Positions 18,151 to 26,853 of a stretch of 29,731 nucleotides of DNA are shown here, in pieces. The stretch lies in contig DAOWAM010000001.1 of assembly GCA_030634585.1 (NCBI GenBank), positions 1 through 29,731 on the forward strand, written 5' to 3'. A model generated the notes under the pieces. The model made no database searches and was not told the origin of the DNA. It was given only the letters and a program-made list of their open reading frames with translations. The stretch is from a bacterium (lineage in GTDB: Bacteria > Patescibacteriota > Patescibacteriia > UBA2591 > DAOWAM01). A program made the translations under genes and the position numbers. Positions within the stretch are counted from its first letter, which is position 1. Each line of letters begins with the position of its first letter.

Positions 18151-18711
18151 TTATCCCTTTTTACAACAAACTTCCGGTCCACAACCACAATGACGTGTCT
18201 GACAATCATAATCATCGGCATAAAATGTTCCGGGCACCAAACAGGTATAACCTACGCCCAAACTTTCACAATCACATGGAATAGTGCAATCACCTCCACA
18301 AATAAGACTATTAGAACTACTATTTGGATTATTTGGGCTTGAACTATTTCCACCAGTAGTCATCGCCGTAATGACAAAATTAACTAAGACGTAACTGAAA
18401 AAAATTAGCGCTAATCCGGCCACTGCCCAAACTAAAGTATCTTTACCCTTTTTTACTTGATCCGCTTTTCCTCCAGAAGTCATCCACATAAAACCGCCAT
18501 AAATTACCATGACTAACGCCAACGCGCCAACTACTCCCAAGATTATTTTGATAATTGCTCCTACTTTTTGATTTAAACCAGAAATAGTACTAATTTTAAT
18601 CGGTGCTACTTCGCCAAGATCGGTCTCAACCGCTAACGCTGGTCCAACTAATAAAAAAAACAAACCAAATAAGACAATCAATAAATAGATTTTTTTTGTT
18701 TTTGTAAACAT
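18151..18711 (-). CDS. VirB2/TrbC-like pilin with Cys-rich C-terminal extension
   Basis: YGGFMWMTSGGKADQVKKGKDTLVWAVAGL, then an S/N linker and a 10-Cys tail. Confidence 0.75.
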   Translation of the reverse strand: MFTKTKKIYLLIVLFGLFFLLVGPALAVETDLGEVAPIKISTISGLNQKVGAIIKIILGVVGALALVMVIYGGFMWMTSGGKADQVKKGKDTLVWAVAGLALIFFSYVLVNFVITAMTTGGNSSSPNNPNSSSNSLICGGDCTIPCDCESLGVGYTCLVPGTFYADDYDCQTRHCGCGPEVCCKKG

Positions 18712-18739
18712 AAATTTAAGATTAAATTATATTATTTTT

Positions 18740-19321
18740 TTATTTACAACATTTCTCTGTCCCTATTCCGCAATGGTTCTCTTTACAAATACACAAGCCA
18801 TCTCCTTCACATACTTCCCAATCTTCTTTGATCATACATTTGTAATTTTCGGTATCATCAGTATGCCCACAATCATCAGGAATAGTCGCGGGAATATTAA
18901 TTTTTTCTAATTGATATTCGGACCTTATACCTAATACATTACCTAACAAAGCGATGATTGACCAAGCAAAAAAAACAATAAATAATCCAATCAGGGCATT
19001 AACTAATATCTTTTTTCCTTTGGCTACTTGTTGTTGTTTACCAGCTGAAGTTAACCATAATAATCCGCCTAAAACAAACATCGCTAAGGCAATAGCGCCA
19101 ACTACTTTCAAGATTACTTTAGCAATGTTAACAATCATTCCCATAATATCCTGAAAATCGCAATCTCCGGCGTTATAACATTCGTTTGATACCCCTGAAA
19201 GAAAAACACCTCGGGCTGTTATCGTTTCCGCGCGTGCTAAAGAAATATTACTTAAAAATAATAAAGTAATTATTAAAAATAAACTAATTAAAATAATTTT
19301 GCTATTTCTTTTTATTATCAT
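18740..19321 (-). CDS. VirB2/TrbC-like pilin with Cys-rich C-terminal extension
   Basis: GGLLWLTSAGKQQQVAKGKKILVNALIGL, N-terminal C-x5-C, 8-Cys tail. Confidence 0.75.
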   Translation of the reverse strand: MIIKRNSKIILISLFLIITLLFLSNISLARAETITARGVFLSGVSNECYNAGDCDFQDIMGMIVNIAKVILKVVGAIALAMFVLGGLLWLTSAGKQQQVAKGKKILVNALIGLFIVFFAWSIIALLGNVLGIRSEYQLEKINIPATIPDDCGHTDDTENYKCMIKEDWEVCEGDGLCICKENHCGIGTEKCCK

Positions 19322-19342
19322 TGTTTTTTAATCTACTGCTGA

Positions 19343-20740
19343 TTATAACAACTGATTAATTTTTCTAACCGCTTGATTAATAGATTCTTGATACGGATTA
19401 TTTTTATCATTATACCTTCCAGTTAAAATAGCGTCAATCATTTCAGAAAAGATCTGCTGAGCAGATTGATAATCATTACCTTGATACCATGAGTGACTAG
19501 TCAATAATTGCTGAGCGAACGATCGTAAATCAATATTAATTAATTGTTGTTTAATCAATCCACGCAAAGCAGTCGGTTTTTTTGTTTGATCTAAATAAGA
19601 AGGAACATTTTTAATATCCGTGGCAAATTTAAGAAAACCCCAAGCAACATCAGAGTGTTCTGTTTTTTTAGAAACTGTTTCTATCCAATAGTTAGCATAA
19701 TTCGCCGTTCGTAATGAATCAGCAATCTGTGGTACTGGCGCTAAATCAAAATTTAATTTTGGCGCGCGTGCCTTAATCAACGGTAAATGATAAGAATAAC
19801 CAAAATAGAAAGCTGATTTACCTTGGATAAAGGATTCAAAAGCGTTAGGCAAATTCTGATTCCAGCTATATACTTCTTTGATTGGATTAGCAAAGTCAGT
19901 ATAAAAACGAAGTGCTTCTTGTCCAGGAAAATAAGATTTATTATTTATTAAAGGGGAATTGAAAATTGCTTGTCCTTGTTCATTCATCATTGAAGCACCA
20001 CCTTGTATCATTAATAAAGATAATAAATCAAAATAATTATTAATATTATTACTAGTTCCCAAAGCAACGCCAGATTGGATTATTTTTCCTTGTCCATCTT
20101 CTAGTGTTAATTTTTTTACTTGTTGGGCAAAATCAGTCCAATTGTCTGCCGAATCGGCAATACCAGCATTATTTAATAAATCTCGATTATAATAAAGAAC
20201 TAAATTATCTACTGCTAATGGCAACCCGTAAATCTGATTCTGCCAAAATATATCTTTTTCTACTATATCAATAAAACTTTTTCTAATCTCTAAACGTGTT
20301 AAACCATTTATCTTTCTTATTTCGGTTACTTTTTCTTTTTTAATCGTTCCTTGCTCAAAAGTAAATGGTAATTCCATTACTGCCGGCATCGGTATAATAT
20401 ATTTTCGATAATCAGTCATCCAAGTATTGGGAATAGAAAAAATATCTGGTCCTTTATCTATTGCCCATGCTTCTAATAACGCTTGTGCGTATTCTTCATA
20501 ATAGAATTTTCTGACATTGACCACAACATTAGGATGAACTAAACGAAAATCATTAATAATCTTTCCAAAATCATCTTGATTATCTAAAACAGTCCAATAG
20601 TTAAGTGTAATTGATTCCGATGCCTCTTTTACTTTTTCAGAGGTACAACGGCAACCAAGACCGCTGGTTATTAAAAAAACCGTGATTAAAATCAAGCTAT
20701 AAATCTTAATTTTCATTTTTGGTTTAACTTTTGTTAACAT
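19343..20740 (-). CDS. Extracellular solute-binding lipoprotein (sugar-binding family 1-like)
   Basis: Lipobox-like SGLGC; GPDIF, YGLPLAVDNLVLYYNRDLL, F.QGK.AFYFG, AWGFLKF. Confidence 0.85.
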   Translation of the reverse strand: MLTKVKPKMKIKIYSLILITVFLITSGLGCRCTSEKVKEASESITLNYWTVLDNQDDFGKIINDFRLVHPNVVVNVRKFYYEEYAQALLEAWAIDKGPDIFSIPNTWMTDYRKYIIPMPAVMELPFTFEQGTIKKEKVTEIRKINGLTRLEIRKSFIDIVEKDIFWQNQIYGLPLAVDNLVLYYNRDLLNNAGIADSADNWTDFAQQVKKLTLEDGQGKIIQSGVALGTSNNINNYFDLLSLLMIQGGASMMNEQGQAIFNSPLINNKSYFPGQEALRFYTDFANPIKEVYSWNQNLPNAFESFIQGKSAFYFGYSYHLPLIKARAPKLNFDLAPVPQIADSLRTANYANYWIETVSKKTEHSDVAWGFLKFATDIKNVPSYLDQTKKPTALRGLIKQQLINIDLRSFAQQLLTSHSWYQGNDYQSAQQIFSEMIDAILTGRYNDKNNPYQESINQAVRKINQLL

Positions 20741-20744
20741 ATGA

Positions 20745-21617
20745 TTATAATATTCTTTTTAAATATTGTTTAAACGATTGTTTCATTTCAGACCGTTGTA
20801 AAGCAAAATGACAATTAGCCATTAACCAGCCCAATTTACTACCGCAATCAAATCGTTTACCGGTAAATTGACAAGCATAAACTGGCTGATAAGCGATCGT
20901 TTTTTGTAAAGCGTTAGTAAATCCAAATTCGTCTTTTTGTTGCGATTTGAACTTGGCTAATAATTCAATTACTAATGGGGTAACGATATAACGACCAACT
21001 ACACCTAAGTTAGAAGGAGCCTGCTTAATCGACGGTTTTTCTATAATCCGTGATAATTGATAGAGATTTGGTTTAATCTTTTTTCCCTTGATTATTCCGT
21101 AATGCGAAATTTCTTTTTTGGCTACATGCTGAACGGCAATTACCGAACTATGGTATTGCTGATAAACAGATAGTAATTGCTGTAAACAATTTGGTTGATT
21201 ATTTATTATATCATCGCCAAACAAAATAGCGCAAGATTCATTACCAATTAAATGTTTAGCTAACAAAATAGCATCTCCCGCACCAGCCGGTTCAGGTTGA
21301 CGTAAATAAACAAACTTAGCTAGACGAGAAATTGATTTAATTTGTTTTCCCAGTTTAATTTTTTTCTTTCTTTGTAAATAATATTCTAGTTCAAAGTTAC
21401 GATCAAAATAATCCTCAATTTCTCGTTTTGGTCGACTAGTAATTAAAACGATCTCTTTAATTCCCGCTTGTACAGCCTCTTCAACAATGTGTTGAATTAC
21501 TGGTTGATCAATAATGGGTAACATTTCTTTAGGAATCTCTTTGCTGATTGGTAACCAACGAACACCTAACCCGGCCACCGGAATAATTGCTTTAGTAATT
21601 TTAGATTGATAAGACAT
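20745..21617 (-). CDS. galU: UTP-glucose-1-phosphate uridylyltransferase
   Basis: KAIIPVAGLG.R.LP.SK.IPKEMLPI.D.PVIQ, RQ.EP.G.G.AI, GDD, GRY, RFDCGSKLG. Confidence 0.92.
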   Translation of the reverse strand: MSYQSKITKAIIPVAGLGVRWLPISKEIPKEMLPIIDQPVIQHIVEEAVQAGIKEIVLITSRPKREIEDYFDRNFELEYYLQRKKKIKLGKQIKSISRLAKFVYLRQPEPAGAGDAILLAKHLIGNESCAILFGDDIINNQPNCLQQLLSVYQQYHSSVIAVQHVAKKEISHYGIIKGKKIKPNLYQLSRIIEKPSIKQAPSNLGVVGRYIVTPLVIELLAKFKSQQKDEFGFTNALQKTIAYQPVYACQFTGKRFDCGSKLGWLMANCHFALQRSEMKQSFKQYLKRIL

Positions 21618-21674
21618 TGATAATCAGATTATTTTCTATTATTAATATATTACCACAAGAAATAAAAAAATAAA

Positions 21675-21701
21675 ACCCCTCACCATAATATGGTGAGGGG
21701 T
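21675..21701 (-). terminator. Intrinsic terminator of the 967-aa gene
   Basis: 12-bp stem acccctcaccat / atggtgaggggt, with a T-tract on the minus strand (A-run 21661-21675). Confidence 0.8.
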
Positions 21702-21740
21702 AATTTTCTTGCAATTAAGCAAAAAATTATAAATGAGAAA

Positions 21741-24644
21741 TTACCAATCGAAATAAAAACCGCTACTGAGTCGGTAAAATGACTTTTTCTCGCGCTGATA
21801 AGTTTGCTGATATCTATCCCAGCGGAAACAAAACGGACCACCCAAACGAATAGATATGGAGTATCCTTTTTTAACCAACCATTTATCGCTCATACTTTCA
21901 TTGTCTCCATATAAGCTACCAACATGGTAATAAAGGCTACCGTCTATTTGAAACAGGAGTCCTTGATTCGCTGGACCACAAGCTAGAGAAAATCCAGCCC
22001 AGTTCAATAAAGGAAATCTCAATTCAACATCGAAAGATACCAAACGCGTCCCTCGACGATAATCTGCTCTCTTCTCAGTTTCATTCAACAGAATTATCCT
22101 ATCTTCTGATTCATTAAGAGGATGAAAGACAAATATTCTGGTTGCTAAAGTAGTTCTAGCTCCCAATTGAAAATATTGACGAATATCTCCTTCAAAGTAT
22201 CCCTCTATGTGAATTGTTCGATTCAAACCAATCTTTTGTAACTGAATTAATTCGAATTTTATTTTACTACCGCGCACTCTTTGGCCTCGATAGTCAAGAA
22301 AGCTGCTGTCATGGAAGAAAGCAAATCGATTACTGACAATCAAGCCTTTCAATATGTTGACTGTTGGTTGATTCTGATCGGCTGTATTCACAATGAGTAT
22401 TTTCTTGTGACGCCTAAAATCATAGTCCCTTTTTAAATAGCCAGTCCCTACATCCAATTCAAAACCATTTTCAAAGTCAAGTGGATAAAACAAGCTCACC
22501 ATTACGTCTAAACGGGTGTCTTTAAAAGAAACAATCTTTCCATCTTTCATGGCTGATTTTATCTGGCCATTTAATGATAAGGTATATTTCTTTTCCAATC
22601 TACTTCGAAAATCAAATTTACTAAAGCCAATTATACCCAGAAATCCATATTGGTCAATTGTTCCTTGTGCATCCACGGTTATTGCCTGTTCACCGGTTAC
22701 CGTTGAACAACCAGCAACTGCTACGACCAAATGATCTTCAAAAACTCTTTGCTTCCTCAACACTACCGGATAAAGATATTTGAATACAGGTGTTTCTGTC
22801 TCTACCGCAGATTCTATTGTCCAGCAAGTAGTAGTAGTAATCGCTAGAATATCAATGTCAACCACATCATTCTTAGCAACTGTTGTTAAGTCAACTACCA
22901 ATCTCTTTACTTGATGATTAATCGAACAAAATAAGGTTTGCTCATTTTCCCAATCAATTAATTCACTAACTCCTTGTGTTATATTATCATACACCGTATA
23001 CAACTGATCAGTAGTTAGATCAACTACTTTAATCTGTCGAGAGTTATCAAAATCAATGCTAGTAAAAGCTAATTTACTGTCTTGGGGCGAAATTCGCAAT
23101 TGTTGGATACATTCTCCTTCATTAGACAAATAGATTTCTTTAATCTGATTGTCCTGCAAGCAATAAATCCCTTGTTTACCTTGAACACGATAATTGGAAA
23201 TAAAATAGATTGCGCCATCTTTTCCCATCGTTGGATAACGATTGCAATAGTGATCATCGGTGTGTTTGATAAGTTCTTTCGATCTGAAAGAATAAAGATA
23301 AATATCGCTTATTCCTGATTGACTGGTTCCTTCAAAAAGAATTTCTTCATCATTGACGAAATTGACTGAGCTGATAGTAATGATATTGTCATTTCGTAAA
23401 GTAAATTCTTTCATTAACATTGTTTTCTTTGGCTGACTTGTATCATAAATTCTTAACTCGTCTTTTCCTAAACGAGAAATCACCACTGCCGCCAAATCAT
23501 TTTGTTGGTCAACTGTATTTTGCCAATAACGAATATATCCGCTCTGATCTTCAAACAAATGAAAAATCTTGGTTGAAGAATAAGCAAGAGAAGAGCCTTC
23601 CGTCTTTGGTTCTACGTTAATTACCTCTATCCGTAAACCGTATATTTTATCCCTGGTATAACGAATTATTTTTCCTTGATCATATCTGCTTCCTACTGAC
23701 AAATCAGGTAAATCAACTTTTTCAACCGAGGTATTGTCCGTATGATAAATATCGACAAAAAACCTAAGTTGCAACCATTCTCTCCACCACGTTTGAAGTT
23801 GGTTCAAATCAACACCATACGTTTTCGTATAGTCAAAATCATTGAACATTAATTCAATTAACTTTGCTGTCCCACCAAAATTAGTATCTAGATAGTTCAG
23901 AAAACAAAAACCGAACGCATAAACATCAAAACCGCCAGTATATGCACTAAGATAAGGAATGTCTCCATTGATCACTCTTTGACGTAAATAATTCTGGACT
24001 TCAGCACCTCGCGCCGTATGGACACCAACAAAGTATTTACGAGAAATCAATTCAGCGAATCCTTCAGTAAAATAAAGTGGCATTGCACCAGCAATACTTT
24101 TTCTTCTACCCTGTTGTTTCGCTAATTCCTTTAAAAAAACAAAATGGAAAATATGAACCATCTCATGCGATACAGTACCCTTAAATTCCTCTAGATCACC
24201 AGGATACGGTATGGCCCCTCTTAAACCCGCTCGTTCCATAAAACCTTGTACACCTGGTGGTAAAATTACTTCTACCAATATTCTTTGTGACCGGCCAAAC
24301 CGACTGTGTACGGGATAAAAGCAGAGATTAATTTTTTCTGGTCCCCAGCTCTCAACTAGGTTTGTCTTTGTCGTTGTATTGCCTTGCACATCTTCCACTG
24401 GCCAACTAAAATTAGCAAAAATCTTAGTCGAATATGTTTGATAAACATCTTCGGTAATTTTTGCAAATTCGCCCGACAACCAAGTAAGTTCCTTGGGAAA
24501 ATAAATGTCTGCATGTTCTGTTTTCACCACTCGCCATTCAAACTGATGTTCAATGAATTTATTTCTGAAGCCATAAACATTCACTGGCAAAAAAACAAAT
24601 AAAGAAACGACTGCGATTATTAGAATAACAATAACCTTTCTCAT
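21741..24644 (-). CDS. Secreted multidomain protein: gluzincin (peptidase MA-like) + TolB/PD40-like beta-propeller + Omp85/BamA-TamA-like C-terminal barrel
   Basis: Signal peptide; W.V.KTEH.DIYF; HEMVH plus downstream PLYFTEGFAE; SDIYLY...TDD.Y..RYP...DG.IYF.S propeller repeats; amphipathic strands DIRQYF, ELRFPL; terminal GFYFDW beta-signal-like end; SD AAAGGAGG. Confidence 0.7.
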   Translation of the reverse strand: MRKVIVILIIAVVSLFVFLPVNVYGFRNKFIEHQFEWRVVKTEHADIYFPKELTWLSGEFAKITEDVYQTYSTKIFANFSWPVEDVQGNTTTKTNLVESWGPEKINLCFYPVHSRFGRSQRILVEVILPPGVQGFMERAGLRGAIPYPGDLEEFKGTVSHEMVHIFHFVFLKELAKQQGRRKSIAGAMPLYFTEGFAELISRKYFVGVHTARGAEVQNYLRQRVINGDIPYLSAYTGGFDVYAFGFCFLNYLDTNFGGTAKLIELMFNDFDYTKTYGVDLNQLQTWWREWLQLRFFVDIYHTDNTSVEKVDLPDLSVGSRYDQGKIIRYTRDKIYGLRIEVINVEPKTEGSSLAYSSTKIFHLFEDQSGYIRYWQNTVDQQNDLAAVVISRLGKDELRIYDTSQPKKTMLMKEFTLRNDNIITISSVNFVNDEEILFEGTSQSGISDIYLYSFRSKELIKHTDDHYCNRYPTMGKDGAIYFISNYRVQGKQGIYCLQDNQIKEIYLSNEGECIQQLRISPQDSKLAFTSIDFDNSRQIKVVDLTTDQLYTVYDNITQGVSELIDWENEQTLFCSINHQVKRLVVDLTTVAKNDVVDIDILAITTTTCWTIESAVETETPVFKYLYPVVLRKQRVFEDHLVVAVAGCSTVTGEQAITVDAQGTIDQYGFLGIIGFSKFDFRSRLEKKYTLSLNGQIKSAMKDGKIVSFKDTRLDVMVSLFYPLDFENGFELDVGTGYLKRDYDFRRHKKILIVNTADQNQPTVNILKGLIVSNRFAFFHDSSFLDYRGQRVRGSKIKFELIQLQKIGLNRTIHIEGYFEGDIRQYFQLGARTTLATRIFVFHPLNESEDRIILLNETEKRADYRRGTRLVSFDVELRFPLLNWAGFSLACGPANQGLLFQIDGSLYYHVGSLYGDNESMSDKWLVKKGYSISIRLGGPFCFRWDRYQQTYQREKKSFYRLSSGFYFDW

Positions 24645-24672
24645 CTAAAACCTCCTTTAGATTATTAAAGTT

Positions 24673-24694
24673 TAAAGTTCTTTATTGAACTTTA
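24673..24694. promoter_or_regulatory. Operator-like inverted repeat between promoter and RBS
   Basis: taaagttc-tttatt-gaacttta. Confidence 0.4.
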
Positions 24695-24706
24695 TCAATC
24701 AATAAT

Positions 24707-24735
24707 ATTATAATTTTTTGAATCTTTTTTGTCAA
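24707..24735 (-). promoter_or_regulatory. Consensus sigma70 promoter for the 967-aa gene
   Basis: Exact TTGACA-17 nt-TATAAT on the minus strand. Confidence 0.8.
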
Positions 24736-24783
24736 GCACAAATATTGTATACTGGGATACGTGTAACGTTATTTCAATAAGAT

Positions 24784-24812
24784 TTGACAAGATTATTGAT
24801 TAAGATTAAAAT
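24784..24812 (+). promoter_or_regulatory. Sigma70 promoter for the protease gene
   Basis: TTGACA-17 nt-TAAAAT; AGGAGG at 24832-24837. Confidence 0.75.
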
Positions 24813-24843
24813 AAAGAAAATAAAAAACCAAAGGAGGTATGAA

Positions 24844-25695
24844 ATGAAAAAGTTTAGATTCGTTCTAATTGTTTTATTCTTAGTAATAATCAATTCGACT
24901 ATCGTTTTCGCTCAAATTGACACAGAAACAAATCAAGCTCTATTGCCAGAAATCTTGCCAACAGAAATCATAGAGAGCATTATCCAAAAGATGTCCACAG
25001 ACACAGAAAAAAATCAAGTTCTATCGCCAGAAATCTTGCCGACAGAAATCAGAGAGAGTATTATCCAAAGAATGGTAATGATTTCAGTTATTAATAAACA
25101 GAAAGACGGGGAATTAAAAACTCACTATGGTCAAGGTATTTTGATTCAATCGAATATGATTTTAACAGTTAAACACTTAGTCAATGAGACAGAATTAAAT
25201 AGCCAAACTGTTGTAATGATTTATTTTTACGGAACTGAAAAGACACTTGTGTTGCGCAAAAAAGACACGACTTATCATTCAAGCGCAAACATTGATTCGA
25301 CGATTATCAAGCTAGATAAGCTGACCAAAAGAGAAAAAAGCACGTTACCACAAGTTGAGCCAATTAAGTTCTCTACTGTCCAGCCAACGGAAACAGTTTT
25401 TATGCCATGTTTTTTACGTCATCAATCGGATGATGCTGAGAGATCATTCTGGGTAAAATTATTTTTTAGCGGAACGATTGTTAATACAGTTCTTACTAAT
25501 AAAGATTATCTCTATATTAATATTCCCGCTTCGCAGGGTATTTCTGGTTCAGGTGTCTTTAACAAAAAGGGACAATTAACTGGCTTGGCTTTCGCTTATT
25601 TTCAAATAAATCCTGATATTCGAGTAGCTGTGGCAATTAATAATTTCCGCGTTGAGCAATTTTTAAAAACAATTAGAATAAAGGATGGGGATTAA
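24844..25695 (+). CDS. Secreted trypsin-like (S1) serine protease
   Basis: Signal peptide MKKFRF...VFA; triad-like ILTVKHLV (H), IDSTIIKL (D), QGISGSGVFN (S); ATG 6 nt after AGGAGG. Confidence 0.75.
   Translation: MKKFRFVLIVLFLVIINSTIVFAQIDTETNQALLPEILPTEIIESIIQKMSTDTEKNQVLSPEILPTEIRESIIQRMVMISVINKQKDGELKTHYGQGILIQSNMILTVKHLVNETELNSQTVVMIYFYGTEKTLVLRKKDTTYHSSANIDSTIIKLDKLTKREKSTLPQVEPIKFSTVQPTETVFMPCFLRHQSDDAERSFWVKLFFSGTIVNTVLTNKDYLYINIPASQGISGSGVFNKKGQLTGLAFAYFQINPDIRVAVAINNFRVEQFLKTIRIKDGD
24919..25074 (+). repeat. Tandem duplication with 81-bp period inside the protease pro-region
   Basis: Copies start at 24919 and 25000; DTETNQALLPEILPTEIIESIIQKM vs DTEKNQVLSPEILPTEIRESIIQRM. Confidence 0.93.
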
Positions 25696-25706
25696 AACTG
25701 AAAAAC

Positions 25707-25746
25707 AAATAGGGGAATGACAACAGTCAATCCCCTATTTTATTTT
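25707..25746. terminator. Terminator between convergent protease and LAGLIDADG genes
   Basis: aaatagggga a tgac-aaca-gtca a tcccctattt, then T-rich. Confidence 0.75.
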
Positions 25747-25799
25747 ACAAATTATTTAACGGCGCTTATTCATATTTCATTAGATAGCAAATTACTAAA

Positions 25800-26210
25800 T
25801 TATTTTAAATATGAAATATAATGATATTGCCAGTTTTCTTTTTCCTTAAGAAATTTTTGTTTCCATTGTTCAAATTGTTTCTTTTTACTGCCGAATAATC
25901 TATTGTTAAAAAAGGGAATGATAATCTGTTCAATTGTTCGTCGTTTACGGACGATTAATAACGAAAAACTTTGTTTTCCTGTCTGATATAGATGAATTGT
26001 TTCGGCAAGTCCTAAATGTTGTTTAATTATCCAAAGAACTTCTTGATTATCACTCTTTACTTTAATCTGAAAAACGGCAATCTTTTGTCGTTGTTTCCGT
26101 AGACTACTAACTTGGGTAACCCAAAGAAAAGATCCTATTCCACAAATCAATCCATCAACAAAGTCAGACGAAACTCGAGGAATTGAAATAGCATTATTTA
26201 ACTTAGTCAT
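25800..26210 (-). CDS. Stand-alone single-domain LAGLIDADG endonuclease-like protein, degenerate active site
   Basis: FVDGLICGIGSF helix, F.I.....N..VL..IK..LG, IIPFF...L.G.K...F..W pattern typical of LAGLIDADG_1. Confidence 0.7.
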   Translation of the reverse strand: MTKLNNAISIPRVSSDFVDGLICGIGSFLWVTQVSSLRKQRQKIAVFQIKVKSDNQEVLWIIKQHLGLAETIHLYQTGKQSFSLLIVRKRRTIEQIIIPFFNNRLFGSKKKQFEQWKQKFLKEKENWQYHYISYLK

Positions 26211-26750
26211 TTTTGTTATGTTTTAATAAATATGATATTAATAGAAACATCTGATAGATATGTTTACTATTAAGTTAGATTAATTAGATCCCTAAATCTT
26301 TTTTAATTTAGTATTATCTTGCTTCTGTATTAAGATTATTTTATAATTTTGATACCTTTTGTCTTTATTGCTTAATTTACAATATTTTATTGATAAGATA
26401 TCCTAATATTATTTTATCAATTATTTTTAAATTAAGCAAATAGTTATCCACCGTCACTATTCTATTTAAACAATGTGGCTATTTTTTAAGATACTTTTTT
26501 ATTTTCTTTATCTACGCCCCTGTAAAGATTCCAATGAAACTTAAATTATGAAATTTAAAAATAATAAAAAATATTGATCCTATATTGTGTTTAGAAAGAT
26601 GCTCGAAAACAATTTAAATAATTAGCGCTAATTAAATAGTTAGAATAAATAATTTGTTAATTTAGATTATTAATTTTTGATTATTTAAAAAAGACGAATT
26701 AATCAATCAAAATGCTTTTCTTTTGAAAATACTTTCTACATTATTAATTT

Positions 26751-26766
26751 TGTTCCACGTGGAACA
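26751..26766. promoter_or_regulatory. parS: parS centromere-like site (ParB/Spo0J binding)
   Basis: Perfect 16-bp palindrome TGTTCCACGTGGAACA matching the widespread consensus tGTTNCACGTGNAACa. Confidence 0.88.
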
Positions 26767-26853
26767 TTCTGATACCAGTGGGAACATACGTGCCACTTTC
26801 TAAGGTAAAAATAGAGAATGAATTTCTTCAATTAATTATTTAGCTGGATTATT

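Noticed and set aside
17152-19321. Type IV (PilA-like) pilins
   Set aside because: No G|FTLIE prepilin motif; two-helix VirB2/TrbC pattern instead
24784-24843. TTG start extending the protease to 303 aa
   Set aside because: The TTG is the -35 box; SD and signal peptide support ATG 24844
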